A DNA stretch of 64,000 nt from Candidatus Kapaibacterium sp. (GTDB lineage: Bacteria > Patescibacteriota > Patescibacteriia > UBA9934), in the NCBI GenBank assembly GCA_044350705.1, contig JBILHA010000001.1, forward strand, positions 426,676-490,675. Reading direction: 5' to 3'. Made by a program: the position numbers and the translations under genes. The notes under the pieces are model-generated. The model was not told where the DNA came from and made no database searches. It saw nothing but the letters and a program-made list of their open reading frames with translations. How positions within the stretch are numbered: the first letter of the stretch is position 1; each line of letters begins with the position of its first letter. Below, in pieces: positions 1 through 9,132 of the stretch.

Positions 1-1020
1 GTGCAATAATTCTGGCTTATGGAAAAGAAGGTACTTATAAAATTCTCTCCATATGAGTTCAGAAACGTAGTGTACTTCTCCCTGAAGATTCTCTGGCACG
101 GAAAACCAATTCACTCCGAGAAGGTGCCCTTCAGACTTTTCTAAAATTTTTGCGCACATCCAGCGTGCGGAAAGAAGCCCCCATGCAAGCGCAAGCGACA
201 TTCGCGAGGTTCCGTCTTCTTCAGCATCGATGGCAAGCGAATCTCGGGTATCGGCGTATGCGTGTAACCCAGCGCGTAAGAAATGCGTAAAACGATGTTG
301 CGCCTCTGCTTCGCTTGCGTACCAACCTTCCATGCTTGGTGCCGCACCTGCAAGCTCTTCAAGGTGCAAGATGTGTTTCTTTTCTCCCTGCACCTCACAT
401 GTTCGCTCCTGTGAAAAAACATGCATGATGTCTTGCTCTCGTGCTTGTACCTGCTTTACAAACAGCGCGAGTATTGCCGTTGGGACATATTTTGCATGCT
501 CAAGTGGCGCACGTGGAAGTACGGGTGCCGTAAGGAATGATTTCCACACCGCTTTTTTAAATGGCGTAAATACCGAATAGATCGTTCCACTCCCAGAACG
601 TGTTTCTTTTGCAACGGTGAGCTGGTCGGGATACACCACGATTTCCACGTGCGCTTGTTTGAGCTTTTCTACCTGAGAATAAAAATCAGGATAGACGTCT
701 TCGTTTACATGCACGCGCAGAGCATAGCCTTCTGCGAATGCTTTTTTTGCAAATGTCTGGAGCGTTTTTGCACCCTTTCCTTGCGCAATAACAAAATGCG
801 TAAAGTGCTCCGCAAATTTAGGGAGTGCGCGCGCAAGAAACTGCCGTTGCGGATAACCAAACTGCATGCTCGGCTCTGCGCGCGTCATGTAGTCTTCGAG
901 AATAAATATCGGGAGAAAGAATCCGTCGCCGTGCGTTGATCCCGCGATTGCGGCCGTAAGTGCCGGATTATCGGTGAGACGAAAATCTCTCCGCGACCAG
1001 TAAAGGTGGATGGTTTTCAT
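1..1020 (-). CDS. phr: Deoxyribodipyrimidine photolyase (class I CPD photolyase family); start codon at 1020, C-terminus runs off the window start
   Basis: Manual minus-strand translation from ATG at 1018-1020 gives MKTIHLYWSRRDFRLTDNPAL...SELIWREFYKYLLFHKPELL with no stops down to position 1. This is the characteristic photolyase N-terminal alpha/beta domain motif and the WREFY FAD-domain motif. The ORF track does not list it because it is edge-truncated. Confidence 0.78.
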   Translation of the reverse strand, partial: MKTIHLYWSRRDFRLTDNPALTAAIAGSTHGDGFFLPIFILEDYMTRAEPSMQFGYPQRQFLARALPKFAEHFTHFVIAQGKGAKTLQTFAKKAFAEGYALRVHVNEDVYPDFYSQVEKLKQAHVEIVVYPDQLTVAKETRSGSGTIYSVFTPFKKAVWKSFLTAPVLPRAPLEHAKYVPTAILALFVKQVQAREQDIMHVFSQERTCEVQGEKKHILHLEELAGAAPSMEGWYASEAEAQHRFTHFLRAGLHAYADTRDSLAIDAEEDGTSRMSLALAWGLLSARWMCAKILEKSEGHLLGVNWFSVPENLQGEVHYVSELIWREFYKYLLFHKPELLH

Positions 1021-1055
1021 GGCAAAAGCATAGCAAGATTTGTTATGCTCTGCGA

Positions 1056-2471
1056 GTGTCTTCTCTTGGTCTCATTTTTCCCCATCAGCTTTTTGAAAAA
1101 AGCGCCCTCCCGTCGCAATGCGACCATATTTTTCTCATTGAAGACTTTCTCTTTTTTCGCCAATTTCCTTTTCACAAGCAAAAAATTGCTTTTCATCGGG
1201 CAAGCATGCGCGCCTATGCACGCGCACTTGAAGCACAAGGCATCAAGGTGACGTATCTTGAAAGTCACGACCTGCGCACGCGCGGCGCTTGGGCGTCTTT
1301 TCTCAAAAAACACAAACCTCACACCCTTGTTTGCTACGACGTCGTTGATACGTGGCTTGCGCAAGATATTCGCCGTGCGGCAAAGCATCTTGGTGCCGAG
1401 CTCACGTTTTTGCCCACTCCCCAATTTCTCAATTCCCCTGAGGAAAATGCCGCGCTTCTCCCCCTCAAGAAAAAACCGTTCATGAAAACGTTTTACGAGG
1501 CGCAGCGCAAGCGTCTTGGCGTTCTCATGCATGCCAACGGCACTCCTGTGGGAGGAAAGTTTTCTTTCGATACTGAAAATCGAAAACGCCTTCCCAAAAA
1601 TCATCGCATTCCCCCTCCGCTTTCGCTTCCGTCGTCGCCTGACGTTGCAGAGGCTATTGCATATACCAACGCCCACTTTGCACAACACTACGGAGAGCTC
1701 GACACCTTTTCTTACGCCACCGATCACCACGGAGCACGCAAGGTGCTTCATCATTTTCTTACCCATCACTTGGCGGACTTTGGCGCGTATGAAGATGCCA
1801 TTTCTTCAACACAGACCGTGCTTCATCACAGCACGCTCTCGCCCTACCTCAACTCAGGCCTTCTTACGCCTCACGAGGTTCTTCGGGCAACCCTTGATCA
1901 TGCAGAAACTCACACCATTCCTCTCAATAGCCTTGAAGGATTTCTTCGTCAGCTCATCGGATGGAGAGAATTTATTCGCGCCATGTATACCCCCCACGGC
2001 AACCGCATGCGTACAAGCAATGCCCTCCACGCTACCAAACACCTTCCTTCTGGTTTTTGGGATGCTACTACGGGAAATATCGTGCTTGATACGAGCATTG
2101 CCCGCGTTCTGCAACATGCATACTGCCATCACATCGAACGCCTCATGGTGCTCGGGAACTATCTCCTCCTCAACGAAACACACCCCGATGAAGTGTACGC
2201 ATGGTTCATGGCCATGTTTATCGATGCGTACGACTGGGTGATGGTTCCCAATGTATACGGCATGAGTCAGTTTGCTGATGGAGGTATTTTTGCCACGAAG
2301 CCGTATATCGCTGCGGCAAATTATATTTTACGCATGAGTGACTATCGTCGTGATGGCGTATGGGATAAGGCGTTCGATGATGCCTTTTGGGTGTTTCTCA
2401 AAAAGCATCGCACGCTTCTTGAGAAGAATCCGCGCTTCCGCATGCTTCTCACTCAGCTTCACAAGCATTAA
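1056..2471 (+). CDS. Cryptochrome/photolyase-family protein of the photolyase-related (PF04244-like N-terminus + FAD-binding-7) type
   Basis: 471 aa. N-terminus MSSLGLIFPHQLFE matches the MxxLxLILGDQL start of DPRP/COG3046 proteins. C-terminal GWREFIRAMY and MSQFADGGIFATKPYIAAANYILRMSDY are photolyase FAD-binding-domain signatures. Divergent from the phr gene with a 35-bp spacer. Confidence 0.75.
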   Translation: MSSLGLIFPHQLFEKSALPSQCDHIFLIEDFLFFRQFPFHKQKIAFHRASMRAYARALEAQGIKVTYLESHDLRTRGAWASFLKKHKPHTLVCYDVVDTWLAQDIRRAAKHLGAELTFLPTPQFLNSPEENAALLPLKKKPFMKTFYEAQRKRLGVLMHANGTPVGGKFSFDTENRKRLPKNHRIPPPLSLPSSPDVAEAIAYTNAHFAQHYGELDTFSYATDHHGARKVLHHFLTHHLADFGAYEDAISSTQTVLHHSTLSPYLNSGLLTPHEVLRATLDHAETHTIPLNSLEGFLRQLIGWREFIRAMYTPHGNRMRTSNALHATKHLPSGFWDATTGNIVLDTSIARVLQHAYCHHIERLMVLGNYLLLNETHPDEVYAWFMAMFIDAYDWVMVPNVYGMSQFADGGIFATKPYIAAANYILRMSDYRRDGVWDKAFDDAFWVFLKKHRTLLEKNPRFRMLLTQLHKH

Positions 2472-2473
2472 CG

Positions 2474-3196
2474 TCAAAGCCCCTCGCTTCCTTCATCCCA
2501 CGTTACCCTGCCGTCTCCTGTTATTTCAATTGGTTCCCCGCCGTAGCGAGGCTCCGCTCTGGTGACTACTTCATAGAATGCCTTTATACGTGCGGGGATT
2601 TCTCGGGTGATAAATTGGGTTTCTTTGACATACGACTCAAGCGAGGCAGAAACCCCTTGAACAGAAATCCCCTGTGCATCTGCAACATACAATGCACGAG
2701 GAAGATGGAAATCTTGCGTGACGATCATTGCTTCGGTCACGCCAAATACTTCTGCCGCCCGTACCATGGTGTCGTAGGTATCAAACCCCGCGTGATCAAG
2801 GAAAAGATCTTCCGGAGCAACTCCTCGCGCAAGCAACCATTCGCGCATGGCGTTTACTTCATCGTACTGCACCTGTCCGTTATCTCCGGAACAGAGAATC
2901 TTTTCCGTACGTCCATCTTGATAAATCGCCAGGGCAACCATAAGGCGATCCCGCAGAACATCGGACGGCGTTCCATCATGCTTCAATCCTGCGCCCGGAA
3001 CGATCACCACCGGCGCTGCTGCACTTTGCGCATCAACAATGAATTCCTTTCCCTTTACATACACGTACAATGACGCTCCAATCAACATGATGCCTCCAAG
3101 AATGCCAACGATTCCTGCGTATATTCCTATTTTTTTACCATGATTCAAGATATTCTTCGTGAGTGACTTCTTTTCTTTCTCCATACTTTTTTGCAT
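2474..3196 (-). CDS. SanA/YdcF (DUF218) family membrane-anchored protein
   Basis: 240 aa with an N-terminal TM helix (IGIYAGIVGILGGIMLIGASLYVYV), then the DUF218-like core VVIVPGAGL...ILCSGDNG...DTYDT. Confidence 0.6.
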   Translation of the reverse strand: MQKSMEKEKKSLTKNILNHGKKIGIYAGIVGILGGIMLIGASLYVYVKGKEFIVDAQSAAAPVVIVPGAGLKHDGTPSDVLRDRLMVALAIYQDGRTEKILCSGDNGQVQYDEVNAMREWLLARGVAPEDLFLDHAGFDTYDTMVRAAEVFGVTEAMIVTQDFHLPRALYVADAQGISVQGVSASLESYVKETQFITREIPARIKAFYEVVTRAEPRYGGEPIEITGDGRVTWDEGSEGL

Positions 3197-3202
3197 TTTA
3201 TC

Positions 3203-3236
3203 AAAAATCTCCGACCATGGTCGGAGATTTTTTTAT
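3203..3236. terminator. Bidirectional rho-independent terminator (perfect hairpin aaatctccgacc-atgg-tcggagattt flanked by A-run and T-run)
   Basis: Read directly from the sequence. Lies between the end of the ABC permease gene and the start of the sanA-like gene. Confidence 0.6.
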
Positions 3237-4465
3237 TCGTAACGCAATGCTTCGATCGGGTCGAGTTTTGCCGCACGTTTTGCAGGATACCATCCGAATG
3301 CAAGACCCACGATCGTTGAAACGAGTACCGAAGCGACAATGGCTTCCGGGGGAATAATGAGCCCCCAGCCATCGACCGCGCGCGTGAGAATTGCGGCAAC
3401 GAGCACCGACGCGAGCACGCCAAGCAACATACCGAGCACTCCCCCTGCCAGCGTAAGCACCACCGCTTCGAGCAAGAATTGACGAAGCACTTCTTGTGAA
3501 GTTGCGCCGATTGCTTTTCGCAAACCAATTTCTTTTGTGCGCTCAGTTACCGACACCAGCATGATGTTCATAATTCCGATTCCTCCTACAACGAGCGAAA
3601 TGGCCGCAATTGAAGCGAGAAGAATGGTGAGTGTCGAACCTACAATGCCAATGGTTTGCGCGGCGTCTTCTTGGCTTGAAACTGCGAAATCGTCTTTTGC
3701 TAAATCACCTTCTGGATTATCGAGATTATGCGTATCTCGCAAAATCCAACGTGCTTCATCTTTTGCAACTTCGAGGTCGCCCGTTGCACGCGCGGCAATG
3801 TAGGAGAGGTAATCCGTACCAACCACGTTTCTGAGTGCCGTCGTCACCGGAATGTACACCTGTTTATCGAGGTTGGTGAAGAATCGACTGCCCTGTTCGT
3901 CGAGTACGCCGATTACTTTGTATGTTCCATTTTTAATGGATACTTTTTCTCCCAGCGGATCTCCATCGCCAAATAAATCGTCTGCAGCTTCAGAACCGAG
4001 CACGACGTTCATCGCGTAACTATCAACGTCTTGCTCGTCGATGAATCGTCCTTGCGCTATGGTCGCAGGAAATACCTCAAGCTGAAATTGATCAACTCCT
4101 GCAACGTTGGTGAAGAAACTGCTCTCTCCACTTCCTACCGTAGTATTGGTAATCGTTTGTGCGGAAACGAATGAAAAAGGTCCGCGACGACGCATTGCTT
4201 CAACGTCATCGAGCGTAATGGTTTGTTCGACGAATGGACTCGGCGGTCCACCCTCGGTATCTCCTGCACCAGATTCAACGAAAATTTGATCCGATCCTAA
4301 ATCGGCAACTTGGCTTAAAATAAGCTGTTGCGCGCCTTGACCGATGGAAAGCATGAGAATCACTGCGGCGATACCAATAACGATACCGAGTACCGTAAGC
4401 ACTGCACGAGATTTATTTCGTGCGAGTGATTGAAATGCTGACTGTACGAGATCGTTGGTTTGCAT
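3233..4465 (-). CDS. ABC transporter permease, MacB/FtsX family
   Basis: 410 aa. N-terminal TM (AVLTVLGIVIGIAAVILMLSI), a large periplasmic domain, and a C-terminal FtsX-like 3-TM bundle. Abuts the ATPase gene. Confidence 0.85.
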   Translation of the reverse strand: MQTNDLVQSAFQSLARNKSRAVLTVLGIVIGIAAVILMLSIGQGAQQLILSQVADLGSDQIFVESGAGDTEGGPPSPFVEQTITLDDVEAMRRRGPFSFVSAQTITNTTVGSGESSFFTNVAGVDQFQLEVFPATIAQGRFIDEQDVDSYAMNVVLGSEAADDLFGDGDPLGEKVSIKNGTYKVIGVLDEQGSRFFTNLDKQVYIPVTTALRNVVGTDYLSYIAARATGDLEVAKDEARWILRDTHNLDNPEGDLAKDDFAVSSQEDAAQTIGIVGSTLTILLASIAAISLVVGGIGIMNIMLVSVTERTKEIGLRKAIGATSQEVLRQFLLEAVVLTLAGGVLGMLLGVLASVLVAAILTRAVDGWGLIIPPEAIVASVLVSTIVGLAFGWYPAKRAAKLDPIEALRYE

Positions 4466-4467
4466 AG

Positions 4468-5193
4468 CTACGCTCCAATTCTGCCGTCTTTCATTCTAAT
4501 GGTCTTTTTGGCGTATGCCGCGATGTCTGGCTCGTGCGTCACCATAACGATCGTTTTCCCTTGCTTGTTTAACTCCGTCAACAATTCCATGACCTGCTCC
4601 GATGAGACGGAGTCGAGGTTTCCGGTTGGTTCGTCGGCGAAGATAACGTCAGGTTCATTCACGAGTGCGCGGGCGATTGCCACGCGTTGACGTTGACCAC
4701 CGGAAAGCTGGTTCGGCAAATGGTCCATACGCTCCCCAAGACCAACTGATCGCAACGCTTTCTCTGCACGAGGACGGCGGTCTTTTTGCGAAACATGTGC
4801 GTACATCATGGGGAGGATGACGTTATCGATCACGCGCGCTTTGGGAAGCAAGTGGAACGCTTGAAACACGAAACCCACTTCGTTTCGACGCATGAGCGCG
4901 AGTTCGTCTTCACCTAACTGCGCAACTTCTTTTCCTTTAAACTCGTAACTTCCTCCCGAAACTCGATCAAGAAAACCAAGAATGTGCATGAGTGTTGATT
5001 TTCCGCTTCCTGAAGGTCCCATGAGTGCAACAAAATCCCCTGGATACACATCGAGATCAACGCCACGAAGGACGTGCGTTGTAATATCGCCATTCACGTA
5101 GTCTTTCGTGATGCCGCGTAATTTCATGATTGGCGTGTGAGACATAAGCGTGTTTGCAGGCACCGGGTCAACCCTTAAATAAGGTCTCACCAT
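4468..5193 (-). CDS. ABC transporter ATP-binding protein (MacB/LolD-type)
   Basis: Walker A GPSGSGKST, signature LSGGQRQRVAIARAL, Walker B IFADEPTGNLD. Confidence 0.92.
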   Translation of the reverse strand: MVRPYLRVDPVPANTLMSHTPIMKLRGITKDYVNGDITTHVLRGVDLDVYPGDFVALMGPSGSGKSTLMHILGFLDRVSGGSYEFKGKEVAQLGEDELALMRRNEVGFVFQAFHLLPKARVIDNVILPMMYAHVSQKDRRPRAEKALRSVGLGERMDHLPNQLSGGQRQRVAIARALVNEPDVIFADEPTGNLDSVSSEQVMELLTELNKQGKTIVMVTHEPDIAAYAKKTIRMKDGRIGA

Positions 5194-5211
5194 GAGCCAG
5201 CTGTTTCTTCG

Positions 5212-7053
5212 CTATTCTTCCTTTATCGAGAGAATGACCGTTTCCCCCTCTTCGACACCACTGCGTATTTCAAGATAGCCATCATCAGCACGCATGCCTA
5301 CGGTCACCGTTCGCTTCTCAAATTCTCCCGCTTTTTCCAAAGGAATGCGTACATACTTTACGCCATCCGCTTCAAGTACGGCGCGCTGAGAAACATAGAG
5401 CGCACTCTGCGCTTCGCCGGTTACGATCGTTACGTCGGCAGACATCCCGGAACGGATTTCCTCTGCAATGTCCGTATCGGTGAGCACGACGGTTGCTTCA
5501 TAGAACACCACACCTTCAATGTTTTTTTCTGCAGGATTGATTGCGGCTACCGTCGCATGGAAAACGCGATCGTCGCCAAACGCATCGAAAGTCACGGTCG
5601 CCTTGTCGCCGGTTGCAACCTTCGCAATATCAGATTCGGAAATATCAACCGGGATCTTGAATTGTCCGGCGTCTGCCTGAATCGTCGCTACCACAACACC
5701 AGCGCCTGCCTGTTCGCCGACATCAAGGGCAAGATCGGTAAGAATACCGTTAATCGGCGAGGTAATGAGTGATTTTGCATAACGCGCTTGCGCTGCCGCA
5801 AGATCGGCGCGCAAAGAGGCGAGATCTACCGCGCGCGGCGTTGCCTGCACTTGCGCAAGTTGCGCCTTTGCTACTGCAAGATCAGCTTGTCGCGCAGCAA
5901 TACCTGCTTGCGCAATAGTAACTGCGGACTGCGCTGCGGCAATATCATTCTCTTCCGCAATCTGCGCGGCTGCAAAACTTTGCGTTGCCGCCTGAGCAGC
6001 GTTTTGCGCAGCAAGTTCTGCAGTTTCCGCAGTTACCTGTGCCAATGCATACGCCTGCTCACCATTTGCAACGCTCGCTTCATCCGTTTGTACGGCGTCA
6101 CGTGCGGCTTCAATGGTTGCTTTGTACGCATTGATATCGGCCAATGAACAAGAAACCGTGTCGGAAACGGTCATGTCCAGTACGCGCGCAACGTGAAAGA
6201 GCGTGGTACTCGTTCGTGCGAGCGCATCTTCTACCAGTAATTGTGCGGCCTCAATTTCCGCATTTGTAGAAAGCGAGGTGAGCGCGTACACCGCATCTTC
6301 AGCAACATCGCGCGCATTCGCGGCGTTATCGAATGCAAAATTCGCCGCAGATACGGTGGTAGGATCTTGGCGTCCAAGCACTGGCTCGCAGTCATTGTTT
6401 TGCAGTGCATTCTCTCGTCCAAGCACCTGATCGGCATCGGCAAGTCCGCCACGTACCGTAACCAATGCGCCTTCCAAGCTGATAATATAGTCTTCCCGTG
6501 CCTGTGCTACTTTGAGGCTATTTTCGGTTTGCGCGCGCGAAAGATCGTCTTGCGCTTTATCAGCCGCAAGTGAGGCGCTCGTTACCGATGCCGCGGCTCG
6601 CGCGGTTACGCGCATCACGTCCGCTTCTTTTATAGCCAAATCTGCCTCGGCGGATGCAAGAGCCGCTTCAGCAACCGCGACTTGGGATTCGCTCACGGCA
6701 ATCTCTTCATCGGTCGCTCCCGCAAGTCGCTGTTCAAGAAGCGCTTGCGCACGTGCAACATCGGCACCAAGTTCCCCCGCCGAAAGCGAGGCAATCACCG
6801 TTCCCGCGGCCACACGATCACCTACCGCAAAAGGCAGGGATCCAATCACCCCGGATGTGGAAAACGAAAGGTCGATATCCTGCAAGGATTCTACCTCTCC
6901 CGTGACATCGACCGTTTGGATCAGGTCTCCCCTGCGAACCGCCTCGGTCGTTACGGTGACGTTTTCATCTCCTCGAGAAAAGAGCGCAATACCTCCGATC
7001 AGGAGCGCAACCGCCCCAATTCCTCCAAGAATCCAAGATGTTTTCTTCAGCAT
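5212..7053 (-). CDS. Efflux transporter periplasmic adaptor subunit (HlyD/MacA family) with a long Ala-rich coiled coil
   Basis: 613 aa. N-terminal TM, extended coiled-coil region (AQ/AL repeats), C-terminal beta-barrel/MP domain. Heads the adaptor-ATPase-permease operon. Confidence 0.75.
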   Translation of the reverse strand: MLKKTSWILGGIGAVALLIGGIALFSRGDENVTVTTEAVRRGDLIQTVDVTGEVESLQDIDLSFSTSGVIGSLPFAVGDRVAAGTVIASLSAGELGADVARAQALLEQRLAGATDEEIAVSESQVAVAEAALASAEADLAIKEADVMRVTARAAASVTSASLAADKAQDDLSRAQTENSLKVAQAREDYIISLEGALVTVRGGLADADQVLGRENALQNNDCEPVLGRQDPTTVSAANFAFDNAANARDVAEDAVYALTSLSTNAEIEAAQLLVEDALARTSTTLFHVARVLDMTVSDTVSCSLADINAYKATIEAARDAVQTDEASVANGEQAYALAQVTAETAELAAQNAAQAATQSFAAAQIAEENDIAAAQSAVTIAQAGIAARQADLAVAKAQLAQVQATPRAVDLASLRADLAAAQARYAKSLITSPINGILTDLALDVGEQAGAGVVVATIQADAGQFKIPVDISESDIAKVATGDKATVTFDAFGDDRVFHATVAAINPAEKNIEGVVFYEATVVLTDTDIAEEIRSGMSADVTIVTGEAQSALYVSQRAVLEADGVKYVRIPLEKAGEFEKRTVTVGMRADDGYLEIRSGVEEGETVILSIKEE

Positions 7054-7092
7054 AAGGGAAAGAGTCTAGCAGAAAAGACGAAAAAAGGGAAA

Positions 7093-7842
7093 TTATTGTA
7101 TCTCCGCGCTATATTCATCTTTATCGCTCATATTCCATGAGGGAAGCGTCGCCCCTGAAATACCTCTGATTTTTTGTATCCCTCCTATTTTTTCTTCCAT
7201 ATACCACACCTCGCGCGTTCCTCCCCCATAGCGCACGGCGAGTGCATGCTCCCGAGGGGAGAAGCGGATTTCGTCCGGGCGCACGTCAAGGCCCGAGGCC
7301 CATGCCCGTCCTTCATCGGTGTGCATAAGCATGAATTCACCTTCCGCCATATAAGCAACCCACATCCCGCCTTCGCTTAAGCTGAGTATCGTTCGCTCTT
7401 CCGTGCCACCCCCTAAAATATGGGTGAGCGTTTTTGTGCAGTAATCCAACCGGTAAAGCGAGAGCGCGGGAAATGCTTCTTGCTGCTCAACGTTTGCAAC
7501 CGCAGTTACATAGGCCTCGCCGCTGTCGGTACTTGGCACATATCGGAGCTGGACCTTGGCGACCGTCAGCAAGGTCTCTCCCCCGTCACCTATGGTTACC
7601 GCTGACATGACACTCCCCGTATCGGTCCGCTCTTCCGTTATACGCACCCCTGAAATATCACTACACACTTCCTGTTCAGCACGGCGTTCATCCTGCGCGG
7701 ACTGCCAAAAAAAATTGAGCGACGTACTTGCAATGTGCGTGACGACGATCGCCCCGACAATGCCGCCTAGCACAAATCCTGCAAGTATTCCTGGGAAAAA
7801 ATGCGTCACCACTGACGGCCCATGATGCCTTCCTCCATGCAT
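7093..7842 (-). CDS. Hypothetical membrane-anchored protein
   Basis: 249 aa ORF with an N-terminal TM helix (FFPGILAGFVLGGIVGAIVV). No recognisable domain. Confidence 0.4.
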   Translation of the reverse strand: MHGGRHHGPSVVTHFFPGILAGFVLGGIVGAIVVTHIASTSLNFFWQSAQDERRAEQEVCSDISGVRITEERTDTGSVMSAVTIGDGGETLLTVAKVQLRYVPSTDSGEAYVTAVANVEQQEAFPALSLYRLDYCTKTLTHILGGGTEERTILSLSEGGMWVAYMAEGEFMLMHTDEGRAWASGLDVRPDEIRFSPREHALAVRYGGGTREVWYMEEKIGGIQKIRGISGATLPSWNMSDKDEYSAEIQ

Positions 7843-8421
7843 ATAGCAGAAGTATACCCTACCTCATTGGCCTTGCCCCTTTTTGTCCATGCACCTATGC
7901 TGCGGTGCGTATGCCCTTCGTTCCCGCTACCACGCTCGTTTTTCTCGTTCGAGAAAAAGAGGGGAAAAAAGGAAGTCTGCCTCGCGCTCAAAAAGCGCGG
8001 TTTTGGCGTAGGGAAATGGAATGGCGTGGGAGGAAAGGTGGAGTCAGGCGAATCCCCTGCTCAGGCAGCACTCCGAGAAACACAAGAAGAAATCGATGTT
8101 GTCGTTCATCTTCCTTGTAAAATCGCCGAACTCACCTTCACCTTCTCTCATCAACCTGCCTGGGATCAAGTGGTCCATGTTTTTGTTTGCAAACAATGGA
8201 AAGGCGAACCGCAAGAAACTGAAGAGATGCGACCGCAATGGTTTTCTCTTGATACTCTCCCATGGGATGACATGTGGCCTGATGATCGTTTTTGGCTTCC
8301 CCTCGTTCTTGAAGGCAACCTTGTCCAAGGAAGTTTTGTCTTTGGGAAGGAGCATGAAATCCTCACGCAGGAGGTACGCACCGTGGATTATCTTTTCTCT
8401 CCCCACGCTTTCCGTCTTTAG
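7822..8421 (+). CDS. NUDIX hydrolase (MutT/MTH1-like); true start is probably an internal Met near 7897
   Basis: Nudix box GKWNGVGGKVESGESPAQAALRETQEEIDV (GX5EX7REUXEEXGU). Confidence 0.75.
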   Translation: MMPSSMHIAEVYPTSLALPLFVHAPMLRCVCPSFPLPRSFFSFEKKRGKKEVCLALKKRGFGVGKWNGVGGKVESGESPAQAALRETQEEIDVVVHLPCKIAELTFTFSHQPAWDQVVHVFVCKQWKGEPQETEEMRPQWFSLDTLPWDDMWPDDRFWLPLVLEGNLVQGSFVFGKEHEILTQEVRTVDYLFSPHAFRL

Positions 8422-8550
8422 CACCCTCTCTTCCAAGAGTTTATACATAAGGAAAAAACAAAAGCCTCCCCAGGAGCTCTTTTGCTTTTCGGGGTGACGC
8501 GTTACTTTTGTTCTCGTTGATTCGTTATACTTGGTGAAGCGCTTCACCCT

Positions 8551-9132
8551 ATGGACGAGATCATGGATTTAGCTACCCGTGCCCGACAGGGCGACCGCGT
8601 CAGCTTTGGATTGCTTTATGACCGGTATGTTCAGGATGTCTATCGTTTCCTTCTTTCGAAAACCCGGAATAAAGAAGAAGCGCAAGACCTCACGAGCACT
8701 ACCTTTATCAAGGCTCTCCAAAACATCACCTCTTTCTCGCCCAAGCGAAATGCCTCTTTTCGCGCCTGGCTCTTCACGATCGCCCATCGAAACTTTCTCG
8801 ATAGCACGCGCTCGGGAAAGCGTTATGAAATGCCGCTTGAGGCAACTGCCGAACCTCAGGCCCCACACTCCCCTGCCCACGATACAGAAAACGTTCTTCT
8901 CCACGAAACGCTCATGAAAGCGCTTCGAGAGCTCAGCGATGCACAACGAGAAACGATTATTCTGCGCGTGTGGCATGACTGCTCGTTTCAAGAGATCGGT
9001 GAGATTCTTGGAAAGAGCGAGGCATCGACCAAGATGCTCATGAAACGCGGGCTTGTTACGTTACAGACACTCATGCCAAAAGAATTTGCAGCGTTTGTGG
9101 TGCTATGGGAATGGTTGACGGTTCATGGCTAG
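8551..9132 (+). CDS. RNA polymerase sigma-70 factor, ECF subfamily
   Basis: 193 aa. Region 2 (YDRYVQDVYRFLLSKTRNKEEAQDLTSTTFIKA) and region 4 HTH (RETIILRVWHDCSFQEIGEILGKSEASTKMLMKRGL). Confidence 0.85.
   Translation: MDEIMDLATRARQGDRVSFGLLYDRYVQDVYRFLLSKTRNKEEAQDLTSTTFIKALQNITSFSPKRNASFRAWLFTIAHRNFLDSTRSGKRYEMPLEATAEPQAPHSPAHDTENVLLHETLMKALRELSDAQRETIILRVWHDCSFQEIGEILGKSEASTKMLMKRGLVTLQTLMPKEFAAFVVLWEWLTVHG

Noticed and set aside
141-939. Short ORFs 141..422(-), 230..580(+) and 649..939(+)
   Set aside because: All lie inside the edge-truncated minus-strand photolyase reading frame, which translates without stops from 1020 to 1 and carries family motifs.
1017-1769. 250-aa minus-strand ORF overlapping the start of the cryptochrome-like gene
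   Set aside because: Basic, low-complexity translation, antisense to a gene with clear photolyase-family motifs.
5557-7069. ORFs 5557..5772(+), 5788..6147(+), 6241..6573(+), 6512..7069(+), 6654..6905(+) and 6682..7140(+) inside or antisense to the HlyD-family gene
   Set aside because: Cys/Arg- or Ala/Ser-rich low-complexity translations typical of antisense frames in a GC- and Ala-rich gene. The minus-strand 613-aa adaptor explains the region.
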